Below, one piece after another: positions 8,586 through 16,652 of a DNA stretch of 38,985 bases. This stretch comes from an archaeon (GTDB lineage Archaea; Nanobdellota; Nanobdellia; Woesearchaeales; JAHJEM01). The stretch spans positions 1 through 38,985 of the forward strand of contig JAGVFV010000093.1 in assembly GCA_020057445.1 (NCBI GenBank), read 5' to 3'. The translations under genes and the position numbers were made by a program. Position 1 is the stretch's first letter. Each line of letters starts with the position of its first letter. The notes below the pieces were generated by a model that had not been told where the DNA came from, made no database searches, and was given only the letters and a program-made list of their open reading frames with translations.

Positions 8586-9092
8586 ATGATAATAGGACTA
8601 TGCGGCACGTCAATTGCAGGAAGGGCCGAGGTCGCGGCATATCTCATCACCAAGGGATTCGCCTACCATTCCATCATGCTCGAGGTTGAGGAAGAGGCTA
8701 AGAAAAGAGGGCAGAACACGCCTGAAGGGAAAAGAAAGATACACGAAGACTGCACCAAGAGATACGGAAAAACAGTCTTCCTCAAGAGGATCATGGACAC
8801 CATCGCCAAGGACACCATCATCGACTGCATCACCGCACGCGAAGAGCTTGCGCTGCTCAAGAAGAGGAAAGACTTCTCCCTCATCGGCGTCTACTCGCCA
8901 AACGAAGTCCGCTTCATACGCGCACGCGCGCAAGAGCTCCTCGAAGAAAGCGACACAGAAAAAAGGAAGAAAATAACAGATGAGATAGCAGAACTCTCAG
9001 AACTCATGAAGCAGATGGACGCGTCCATCGTCTACCCTTCCCCACCGGCCGCAATCATCGCGAAAGTCGAAGAGATCCTCAAGCGAAAATGA
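8586..9092 (+). CDS. Small nucleotide-kinase-like (UPF0200 / dNMP-kinase-like) protein with a degenerate P-loop
   Basis: MIIGLCGTSIAGRAEV occupies the Walker A position, but the Lys-Ser/Thr pair is replaced by Arg-Ala. The overall layout resembles small archaeal adenylate/dNMP-kinase-like proteins. An ATGA overlap at 9089-9092 couples it to the downstream dCMP deaminase. Confidence 0.5.
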   Translation: MIIGLCGTSIAGRAEVAAYLITKGFAYHSIMLEVEEEAKKRGQNTPEGKRKIHEDCTKRYGKTVFLKRIMDTIAKDTIIDCITAREELALLKKRKDFSLIGVYSPNEVRFIRARAQELLEESDTEKRKKITDEIAELSELMKQMDASIVYPSPPAAIIAKVEEILKRK

Positions 9093-9574
9093 CAAAAGAC
9101 AACCGCCCATCATGGGATGAATACTTCATGAACATAGCACGGGCAGTCGCGCTTCGCGCAACCTGCGACCGAGGAAAAAGCGGCTGTGTCCTTGTAAAAA
9201 ACAAAAGAATTCTCTCGACAGGATATGTCGGAAGCCCCATAGGCCTTCCCCACTGCGATGAGATAGGCCACTTCATGAAGACAGTCTACGACAAAGAAGG
9301 CCACGAAAGCCAGCACTGCGTCCGTACAACGCATGCGGAGATGAACGCGATCGTCCAGGCGGCACGCCACGGCATATCCATAGACGGGGCGACCATCTAC
9401 TGCAAGATGGAACCCTGCCTTGACTGCGCAAAGGCGATCATCAATTCAGGGGTCAAACGCGTTGTCTGCGAGAGGAAATACCACGCAGCAGAGACCACCC
9501 GCGAGTTCTTCAAGGACGCGGGGGTCGAGCTTGTCGTGCTGAACCCTGAAGTGGAGAAGTACGAGAACCAATAA
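9089..9574 (+). CDS. dCMP deaminase (cytidine/deoxycytidylate deaminase family)
   Basis: Zinc-binding motifs HAEMNAI and PCLDCAKAI. N-terminal RPSWDEYFMNIA is typical of dCMP deaminases. Confidence 0.9.
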   Translation: MTKDNRPSWDEYFMNIARAVALRATCDRGKSGCVLVKNKRILSTGYVGSPIGLPHCDEIGHFMKTVYDKEGHESQHCVRTTHAEMNAIVQAARHGISIDGATIYCKMEPCLDCAKAIINSGVKRVVCERKYHAAETTREFFKDAGVELVVLNPEVEKYENQ

Positions 9575-9673
9575 GACATGGTCACGCCCTCATGATATAG
9601 TTTCTTCTTGAAAATGTACCAATGTCCACGCATCGAAAGTTTTATTATCAAATCCCCTATTTGCCGTTAATTG

Positions 9674-10930
9674 ATGAAGACCATTTTCAACAAGGAAACA
9701 TTCTCCTGGTCACTCTACGACTTTGCCAATTCTGCCTATGTCGTCATCATCCTGAGCTTTGTCTTTCCTATCTTCTTCAAAGAAGTGCTCGTCGGTGGAA
9801 AGTATGGGGACTTTTGGTGGGGATTTGCCGTCAGCGTCTCCATCCTTGTGGGAGCGCTACTCTCACCCTTCATCGGAGCCCTGGCTGATGCGAGCAGCAG
9901 AAAAAAACAGCTCTTCATGTTCTGTGCTCTTATCGCAATTATGGGGACTGCACTGTTCTTCTTCTTGCCAAAAGGAGCATTGCTCATCATCCTTCTCCTC
10001 TTCATAACAACCAATGTATTTTTTGAGCTTGCCCAAACAATCTATGATTCCTTTCTCATCCAAGTGAGTAGTCCAAAACACCGCGGTAAAGTATCTGGTT
10101 TTGCATGGGGATTTGGCTACATTGGAGGTGTCGCAGCGTTGCTCCTCTTGCGCCCATTCTTCCAAGGAGGGTTTGACCACAACGAAATCATGTTCAGGCT
10201 CACCTTTCCTTTGACAGCGGCATTCTTCCTCCTCTTTTCCTTGCCCATGTTTTTCTTTCTTCGAAGAGCAGCTCTGCAGAAAAAAATCGTCCTCAGACAA
10301 GGGGTACGCCGCGTTCTTGCAACACTCAAACACTCCAGGCAACACTCGACTGCATTCCTCTTCCTTCTGGGAGCAATCCTCATGAATGACGCGCTCGTCA
10401 CCATCTTCGTATTTCTTCCCCTCTTTGCACGACAAACCATGAACTTGACTATTGTTGAAATACTCACCATGATCATTGTCGTTCAGATCATTGCGTTCCC
10501 GGCAGCCTATTTTGGAGGGCGGCTGAGCGACCGTTTCGGACCAAAAAACATCCTTCTGGGAACAATCTTCCTTTGGGCATTTGTCATCCTTTATATTGCG
10601 ACAGTCACGACAAGAGACGCCTTCTATGTTGGTGCCATCATTACCGGCCTCATCGTCGGAAGCAGCCAATCCATAATCCGGTCGTGGTACTCCCATCTTG
10701 TCCCTGCGAAGCAACAAGCAGAATTCTTTGGATTCAACGGCTTTGCCAGCAAGATTGCAGCCACCATTGGTCCTGTCCTCTTCGGCATCGTCTCCTCAGT
10801 CACAGGAAACCAAAGGCTTGCACTCCTCACACTCCTTCCCTTCTTTATCGGAGCATTCTACTTCTTTGCAAGGACGCCAGAACCAGAATGTATCTCTTTG
10901 AGCAAGAGATCAGCAACATATCATTCCTAA
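9674..10930 (+). CDS. MFS transporter (UMF1/Atg22-like type)
   Basis: About 12 hydrophobic helices. N-terminal FSWSLYDFANSAYVVII is characteristic of the UMF1 family. ATG at 9674 is preferred (the TTG at 9671 is also in frame). Confidence 0.8.
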   Translation: MKTIFNKETFSWSLYDFANSAYVVIILSFVFPIFFKEVLVGGKYGDFWWGFAVSVSILVGALLSPFIGALADASSRKKQLFMFCALIAIMGTALFFFLPKGALLIILLLFITTNVFFELAQTIYDSFLIQVSSPKHRGKVSGFAWGFGYIGGVAALLLLRPFFQGGFDHNEIMFRLTFPLTAAFFLLFSLPMFFFLRRAALQKKIVLRQGVRRVLATLKHSRQHSTAFLFLLGAILMNDALVTIFVFLPLFARQTMNLTIVEILTMIIVVQIIAFPAAYFGGRLSDRFGPKNILLGTIFLWAFVILYIATVTTRDAFYVGAIITGLIVGSSQSIIRSWYSHLVPAKQQAEFFGFNGFASKIAATIGPVLFGIVSSVTGNQRLALLTLLPFFIGAFYFFARTPEPECISLSKRSATYHS

Positions 10931-10958
10931 CAAATGAAAAAAGGATGAGGATTTCCGT

Positions 10959-11189
10959 CTATATTTTGCACGGCTGATCGATGTACTCAACAATCTTCTC
11001 CTTGCTCGCAAGTCCCGACTTGATCCTCACCTTTGTCTTGAACTCCTTTGAGAGGAACCGAATCAGTTCCTTGTTCGCCTTGTTCTTATCCGGCGGAGCG
11101 GCGACTGCGACCTTGAGAAAACCATCACCACGCTCGAGGATCTCTGACTTATTCGCGTTTGGCTTGACAAGAATTCTCAATGTTGTCAT
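10959..11189 (-). CDS. DUF167 (YggU/UPF0235) family protein
   Basis: 76 aa. The pattern LRILVKPNANKSEI...LKVAVAAPPDKNKANKELIRFLSKEF is typical of DUF167. A TATA (TTTATATTA on the minus strand, about 11210-11220) lies about 25 nt upstream. Confidence 0.75.
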   Translation of the reverse strand: MTTLRILVKPNANKSEILERGDGFLKVAVAAPPDKNKANKELIRFLSKEFKTKVRIKSGLASKEKIVEYIDQPCKI

Positions 11190-11243
11190 ATGAGAAAAAT
11201 TTGCTCTCGTAATATAAATACTCTTCGAGAACGATATCGCCTT

Positions 11244-11303
11244 GCAGCCTACGGCTGCTGCCCTGGCGCTATGCGCCAGGCAAAGTCGCCGCCCAAAGGG
11301 CGG
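11244..11303. repeat. Three consecutive GC-rich triloop hairpins
   Basis: GCAGCC-TAC-GGCTGC (11244-11258), CCTGGCGC-TAT-GCGCCAGG (11262-11280) and CCGCCC-AAA-GGGCGG (11289-11303). All stems are perfect and sit in an otherwise AT-rich spacer. Confidence 0.6.
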
Positions 11304-11318
11304 AAAAAATCAAAAAAA
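11304..11318 (-). terminator. Oligo-T terminator for the 11321..11947 gene
   Basis: On the minus strand, T7 (11312-11318) and T6 (11304-11309) directly follow the TAA stop at 11321-11323. Confidence 0.55.
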
Positions 11319-11320
11319 GT

Positions 11321-11947
11321 TTACAATTTCAGTTGTACGCCGACAGCATAACTTGGTCCTTCCTGCCAAGGATACCCATCGACACGAACGATGCCTGAGA
11401 TGCCTTTCCCTAGGTCGATGCAGCCGGTGACTTCTCCGGAATAGTCGATGTCGCCATCTGCCGCGTCGTCCACGTTTCCCCACGCATTCAGGCCGACCCT
11501 CCCTTTTCCACCATAGAGGACGAGTCCTGCATGCGGATCAAGCTTTCCCGATTGTACGCTTTCTGTCGATGCAGGAGAAACCTGAACCTGTCCACCTGCT
11601 GGTCCTACACTGAAGTTCTTCGTCGCCATACCTCTGACGAGGTCATCTACTCCTGTCCCTGTTGTCGCTTCTCCGCCAAGACCTATACCATGGCCAACAG
11701 GCGCAGTCGCACATACTTTTCCGAAGTATGTCTCTCCATCACCCTGTGTGTCCCCATATAGGCTGATAAAGCCATATGTGTTGTCTGATCCGCGTTCGAT
11801 GCGCACTTCACTTGTTTCAGTCTTAGGGTTGTATGTGCCTGAAATCTGTTGCCAGACATCTGCAAGTGCTTCTCTTGCTGCTGCGGCAGTGAGGGCCGCC
11901 GCGATTCCTATTGCGTAGATTGTTTTCATGGTAACACCTTTTTTCAT
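11321..11947 (-). CDS. Hypothetical secreted Gly-rich protein
   Basis: Sec-type signal peptide MKTIYAIGIAAALTAAAAREALA (alternative start at 11929). The mature part is Gly/Asp/Val-rich with alternating beta-strand-like segments. No family recognised. Confidence 0.55.
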   Translation of the reverse strand: MKKGVTMKTIYAIGIAAALTAAAAREALADVWQQISGTYNPKTETSEVRIERGSDNTYGFISLYGDTQGDGETYFGKVCATAPVGHGIGLGGEATTGTGVDDLVRGMATKNFSVGPAGGQVQVSPASTESVQSGKLDPHAGLVLYGGKGRVGLNAWGNVDDAADGDIDYSGEVTGCIDLGKGISGIVRVDGYPWQEGPSYAVGVQLKL

Positions 11948-12028
11948 ATACGAATTTTATAACTACTATATCGTAGTTAAAGTATATAAATATTACCTAC
12001 CCCTGAGGGGGGAGAAACAGAAAGATTT

Positions 12029-13228
12029 ATGAAGGAAAACCGCTCACGAGACATCATGAACACAGCACTCCTCGAGGAAATAGGTCTCACCAAGGCAGAA
12101 ATCAAGGTGTACCTTGCACTCCTTGAACTTGGCAGCTCCACTACTGGACCTATCGTCGAGAAGTCCGGAGCCTCAAGCTCCAAGATATATGAGATACTTG
12201 ACAAGCTCATGCAAAAAGGGCTTGCTACACAAGTCATCGAAGCGCATACCAAGTACTTTGAGGCAGTCTCGCCAGAACGACTATTGGATTATCTAGAAGA
12301 GAAACAAAGAGACATCGCGAAAAAGAAAGAAGAGCTAAAAGGCATCATTCCCGAACTAAAACTCAAGTACACCCTTGCCGAGCACAAGAAAGACGCAAAG
12401 ATCTTTCGAGGGATGAAAGGCATGGAGAGCGCGTTCGCTGAAGCGATAAAAGAATTAAAGCGCGGAGAAAGATACCAAGTCATCGGCGTTCCTGCGCGCT
12501 CAGAGGCAGTCAACCGGTTCTTCATCCATTTCAACAAGGAGATTGCAAAAGCAGGATTGGGAGCGAATATACTCTTCGATGAGACTGCACGAAAAGATCC
12601 GCAATCAAGAAAAGAGAATCTCCCCTCTGGTGAAATCAAGTTCCTTCCCAAAGGCAGCCTCACTCCCGCCGCGATCAACATCTTCAAGGAAAGCACCATC
12701 ATCTTTCCTGCAGAAGGAGGAGACGAGCCATTGCTCATCATGATTAAGGGAAAGGATGTGGCTGATTCATTCCGGTCCCAGTTCAACATCCTCTGGAACC
12801 AGCAAGCGATTGTCATGACCGGACTTGATGGGCCACGGAAAGTCATCAACGGCATCCTCGAATCAGGAGGGAACAATGTCGCAATAGGGGTGCAACAAAA
12901 ACATTATCTTGACCGAATCCCCGAGACTATGGAACACTTCTTTACCGAATACGCCACCAAAGGATACAAAGGAAGAATCCTTGTAAAAGAAGGAGACATA
13001 TTAAAACTAAAAACAAAGGGGAAAACAATCATCGGACCGCCATATGGCGAAGAAATACGATACTTACCAAAAGAATTCATATCCCCGCTTGCGATCGAAG
13101 TCTATGGCAATACTGTCGGGTTAATCGATTGGACAGAGCCAATAACGACAATCATCATCGAGAAGAAAGAGATCGCGGATGGATTCATCAAATATTTTGA
13201 TGCGCTCTGGAAGATCGCAAGACCCTAG
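12029..13228 (+). CDS. TrmB-family transcriptional regulator
   Basis: N-terminal winged helix LGLTKAEIKVYLALLELGSSTTGPIVEKSGASSSKIYEILDKLMQKGL, plus a long TrmB-type C-terminal domain. Confidence 0.8.
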   Translation: MKENRSRDIMNTALLEEIGLTKAEIKVYLALLELGSSTTGPIVEKSGASSSKIYEILDKLMQKGLATQVIEAHTKYFEAVSPERLLDYLEEKQRDIAKKKEELKGIIPELKLKYTLAEHKKDAKIFRGMKGMESAFAEAIKELKRGERYQVIGVPARSEAVNRFFIHFNKEIAKAGLGANILFDETARKDPQSRKENLPSGEIKFLPKGSLTPAAINIFKESTIIFPAEGGDEPLLIMIKGKDVADSFRSQFNILWNQQAIVMTGLDGPRKVINGILESGGNNVAIGVQQKHYLDRIPETMEHFFTEYATKGYKGRILVKEGDILKLKTKGKTIIGPPYGEEIRYLPKEFISPLAIEVYGNTVGLIDWTEPITTIIIEKKEIADGFIKYFDALWKIARP

Positions 13229-13539
13229 CTATACTCTCTCCACGTGTACTTGCACTTTGTGCAGCGGAAAAACCGAGTCTCTGGCTCGTCGCCTGCGCGG
13301 GTCTGGATGAGCCAATAGAATGCCTTCTTGTTCTTGCACTTTGCGCATTCAGTATCAGTGATCGGAAGCGTGTTCTCCTGTTCAGGAACAACCTCGATAT
13401 CCTTCTCTTTATTCAAGGTCTCTTTGATCGTCGCATCCTTCACGTCCTTCAGAGTATAGCCGCAGGAGCAGTGCAATACCTTCTTGTTCTTGTCCTTCTT
13501 CGGACGAAGGATGCTACCGCACTTCGGACAAAACATCAT
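13225..13539 (-). CDS. tfs: Transcription factor S (TFS) / RpoM-like zinc-ribbon protein, 104 aa
   Basis: N-terminal ribbon is FCPKCGS...CSCGY. C-terminal ribbon CAKCKNKKAFYWLIQTRAGDEPETRFFRCTKCKYTWREY carries the acidic DE loop. The start is set at the ATGATG at 13534-13539, not the ORF-track start at 13617. A TATA (TTTTTAAAT, minus strand, about 13566-13575) lies upstream. Its stop overlaps the TrmB stop within CTAG (13225-13228). Confidence 0.9.
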   Translation of the reverse strand: MMFCPKCGSILRPKKDKNKKVLHCSCGYTLKDVKDATIKETLNKEKDIEVVPEQENTLPITDTECAKCKNKKAFYWLIQTRAGDEPETRFFRCTKCKYTWREYS

Positions 13540-13602
13540 GCTTCTGGAAAAGAGTCCCGGCCGATTTAAAAAGTTATTGTAAATGCAAGAACTGCTCTTA
13601 TC

Positions 13603-13733
13603 GTATTTGTTTAGCACCTTCGAAATCCTCGATGTGGCATCTTAAGGCGCTGCGTCCCCGTGGGGGCAACCCCCCGCAACGCGCTAGAGTATGAATAAAA
13701 AGGGATTTCGACCTTAGGGTGCTAAACAAATAC
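13603..13733. mobile_element. MITE-like non-autonomous element: 131 bp with terminal inverted repeats and an 8-bp target-site duplication
   Basis: The left end GTATTTGTTTAGCACC (13603-13618) is the exact reverse complement of the right end GGTGCTAAACAAATAC (13718-13733). A second matched segment is CGAAATCC (13621-13628) with GGATTTCG (13703-13710). The direct repeat CTCTTATC flanks both ends (13595-13602 and 13734-13741). The element has a GC-rich internal core and no ORF. Confidence 0.7.
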
Positions 13734-13736
13734 CTC

Positions 13737-14468
13737 TTATCTTATGAACGGCGCCACCAGATACTCAGTAAACCATATCTTAACATACCCAAGATAAGGG
13801 ATCTTAAAGACAGCCCTTCCAAGGAGCTGTGTCTCAGAGACAGCCTTCTCATTCAACAGGCCGTCATCGATCTGGTTCTTATTATGATCCCCCTTTGTCT
13901 CAAAATATATCTTCTCCTCCTGACGTACACGGATCACCCGATGGATGATGGGATACGGCTTCTTCGAATCAAACACGATCACATCACCAGTCTCAACCTT
14001 CTCTGGCTTGACGCCAAAGAGCACCATAATATCACCGCGATTAAACCCGTTCTTGAAAGGGAATTCCCGAAATTCCTTCTTCGTGATATTCCCTTGCCCA
14101 TACCAGGACTCCTGGGTGCACAAGCACCTTGCCCCGCAGGTCGGCGGCCCGCAGAGTGCCTCGCTCTGCCACCACTCATCAAAAGGACCCTGGTGCTCCA
14201 TGCTTCCAGACACGACAGCGACGACCGGAAAGCTCGTGCTGAAGATAAGGCCAAGACCAGGATAGATGATGAACTTGATCAGCACGAACGCAAGGATGAG
14301 ATTCACAAACCAGCTCAGCACAGAATCATCATACCAGATGAAATACCACGACTTCTTCAGGAAACGCACCACCTTTTTCGCATCAGTAGGATGCTTCCAC
14401 GCCAGCGTCTTCTCCTTCTTCTCCTGTTTTTTCCTTGCCCGATCCTTCATATATTCAAGATTCTCCAT
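13737..14468 (-). CDS. Signal peptidase I, archaeal/ER (Sec11/SipW) type
   Basis: TM anchor followed by the catalytic Ser box VVSGSMEH, then GDIMVLFG, and a His box PIIHRVIRV. ATG at 14466-14468 (an upstream in-frame GTG lies at 14498). The stop codon lies inside the right-hand TSD copy of the MITE. Confidence 0.8.
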   Translation of the reverse strand: MENLEYMKDRARKKQEKKEKTLAWKHPTDAKKVVRFLKKSWYFIWYDDSVLSWFVNLILAFVLIKFIIYPGLGLIFSTSFPVVAVVSGSMEHQGPFDEWWQSEALCGPPTCGARCLCTQESWYGQGNITKKEFREFPFKNGFNRGDIMVLFGVKPEKVETGDVIVFDSKKPYPIIHRVIRVRQEEKIYFETKGDHNKNQIDDGLLNEKAVSETQLLGRAVFKIPYLGYVKIWFTEYLVAPFIR

Positions 14469-14558
14469 GCGTCTTAAAAAGCTTGCGCTTTTGACCACAT
14501 GTTCGCATCATGATCCAAGAGATAAACATTTAAAAGATACAATTGATTTTGCTCTCTC

Positions 14559-15464
14559 ATGAAATACTGCGTCAACTGCGGAAGAACCATCACCAAAGGC
14601 ACCTTGTGCACATCCTGCACCAAGAGCGACAAGAAAACCAAAGAACTCTCACTTCTCATGTGCCATTGCGGAAGCGTCTTCTACCAAAATCGCTGGCAGA
14701 GAAAGAAGCTCCAAACCCTCCTTTCCCCGCTCACCAGAAAACGGATCACTGCAGCACTTCCAGAGACATGCGAGAAAAAGACGAGCGTGACAATAAAGAG
14801 CGAACACCTCGACATACTCCTCACACTCATCCCGCAGATCTGCCCCTCCTGCCAAAAGCAGAAAACCCGCTATTTCGAAGGCATCCTGCAGATCCGGACA
14901 ACAAGCAGGGCGATGCTTGACAAGGCACTCCTCATCATCTCCGCAACGCTTGAAAAAAAAGACTTCTTCACCTCAAGGATAGATGAGCATAAAGACGGGC
15001 TCGACTTCTACCTCTCTGACAAGAGGAAGATGAACAACCTCGCCCACAAGCTCAAGAACACGCTCGGAGGCACAGTGTCTGAAAATCCGCAGCTCTTCTC
15101 GCGAAACAGCCAGACAAGCAGAGACATCTTCCGGCTCAATATCCTTGTCTGCCTCCCCTCATTCGACATCGGAGATATCGTCATCTACCAAGATGAAGCA
15201 GTGCTCATCACAAGCCTCTCCCCTCTCACCGGAACCATGCTCTCAACAGGCAAACGCATCAAGATCCCGCAAAAAGAAAACATCTCATCGCTGCCCCTCC
15301 ATAAAACAACCATCTCCAAAACAATACCCTGCGTCGAAGCGATCCATCCTGAAACCTACCAGTCAGAACCGCTCGTGTCGCACACTGACCGCCTCTTTTT
15401 CATCGGAGAGAAAATAAAAGTCGCCATCCACAAGAACATGATCTATTTTGTCCGCTCCTCCTGA
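14559..15464 (+). CDS. NMD3-family (ribosome export/assembly factor-like) zinc-ribbon protein
   Basis: Cys pairs CVNCG...CTSC, then CHCG, then CPSC, followed by YFEGILQIR. This matches the N-terminal architecture of NMD3 (COG1499). At 301 aa it is shorter than typical. Confidence 0.55.
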   Translation: MKYCVNCGRTITKGTLCTSCTKSDKKTKELSLLMCHCGSVFYQNRWQRKKLQTLLSPLTRKRITAALPETCEKKTSVTIKSEHLDILLTLIPQICPSCQKQKTRYFEGILQIRTTSRAMLDKALLIISATLEKKDFFTSRIDEHKDGLDFYLSDKRKMNNLAHKLKNTLGGTVSENPQLFSRNSQTSRDIFRLNILVCLPSFDIGDIVIYQDEAVLITSLSPLTGTMLSTGKRIKIPQKENISSLPLHKTTISKTIPCVEAIHPETYQSEPLVSHTDRLFFIGEKIKVAIHKNMIYFVRSS

Positions 15465-16546
15465 TACTCGCGAAGGACCTTTGAGAAGATGTCCTTTGCC
15501 CTCACTTCCCGATCCAATTCATCCCTCCTCACAAGGACAAAAGATCCCTTCTCCATCACACGCAGCATTTTTGCCTGCACAAAAATAAACCTATCCTGGT
15601 CTCTTGGCACGCTTGGAGAGATGATGATCCTGACCTCAGACAAATATCCAAGAGAACGAGCGCCCATCACATCAGGCGCGTCAACAAAGATGATCTCAGC
15701 ATCCTTACGTATCCTTCCATTCAGGGAATCAGACGACAGGTCCTTAAAACGCGGAACAACTATCCATCGCGAACCAATTCCTTCAATAAATCCCTGCCAC
15801 TCCAGGATCTCCCTCTCTTTTTCAGCAAGACTCCTCTCACGAGAAGAGACACGCTTCCCAAGCGTGATGATCCTCTCTTCCTTTTCGCGAAGGATGAGAT
15901 CCCTACCTTTCTTCTTGAATGCGACCGGGGCATCCAATCTCTGCAGGAGCGCCTTATTTTCCGACTGCAACAGGCGCAGACGCTCCTCCTGCACTGCCAA
16001 TTCCGTCCTCAGCTCGAGAAAGCCGTCCTTCTTCCTCTCCCTCCTTTGCTTATGCAGGATGATCTTTTCCCGCGGCTCAAGCAGGCGAAGCGCCTCGTCG
16101 ATATTGATCTCCTCATTCTTCAGCAAGAATTCCTTCACCTCATCCCTCAGATACTCTTTTTCCTTCATCTCAAGGACACGGTCAATCTTCATAAACAGCC
16201 TGCGGAAATGATCATGTGAAAATCGTGCGGCAGAAAGCGCGTCAAACTCATGCACATTCCCTGTCTTTTCCCGCACCAGCCTCTTCTTCTCCTCGCGCCC
16301 AAGGTCATGCGGGGGAGCAATCAGCTTGCACCCAAGCTTCCTGGAAAACCAGGCAACTGCCTCTGGCGGATCCTTCCTGTCGCAGCCGATGATGATCGGC
16401 TTACCGACAGCAATGATCTCAGAGATGATCTTCGCAGGATCATGCACGCGAAACGATGCCACATGCAAGACGTTACCCGCAAGGTCTAGGACGGCAATTG
16501 CAGCGGTCGTGCCCGGATCGATGCCGACGATAGTCCTTCTCATCAT
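15443..16546 (-). CDS. DUF460 (COG2433) protein with an RNase H-fold N-terminal domain
   Basis: N-terminus IVGIDPGTTAAIAVLDLAGNVL...IIGCDRKDPPEAV...LIAPPHDL matches DUF460, followed by a coiled-coil-rich middle region. It overlaps the NMD3-like 3' end by 22 nt (convergent). Confidence 0.7.
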   Translation of the reverse strand: MMRRTIVGIDPGTTAAIAVLDLAGNVLHVASFRVHDPAKIISEIIAVGKPIIIGCDRKDPPEAVAWFSRKLGCKLIAPPHDLGREEKKRLVREKTGNVHEFDALSAARFSHDHFRRLFMKIDRVLEMKEKEYLRDEVKEFLLKNEEINIDEALRLLEPREKIILHKQRRERKKDGFLELRTELAVQEERLRLLQSENKALLQRLDAPVAFKKKGRDLILREKEERIITLGKRVSSRERSLAEKEREILEWQGFIEGIGSRWIVVPRFKDLSSDSLNGRIRKDAEIIFVDAPDVMGARSLGYLSEVRIIISPSVPRDQDRFIFVQAKMLRVMEKGSFVLVRRDELDREVRAKDIFSKVLREYQEERTK

Positions 16547-16652
16547 CGAAAGAATCCTTCCTGATCTTTTATATTTTCTGAAAAAACAGGCATTATCTTT
16601 TCCATCCGGGAGGAGTTAACTATTTAAACCAGGCATTATTTCTTATTTCCAG

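Noticed and set aside
13540-14477. The N-terminal extension of the TFS ORF (to 13617) and the plus-strand ORF 13719..14477, both starting MLNKY
   Set aside because: The identical MLNKY starts are produced by the two inverted repeats of the MITE. The plus-strand ORF is antisense to the well-supported signal peptidase gene, and TFS aligns from MMFCPKCG.
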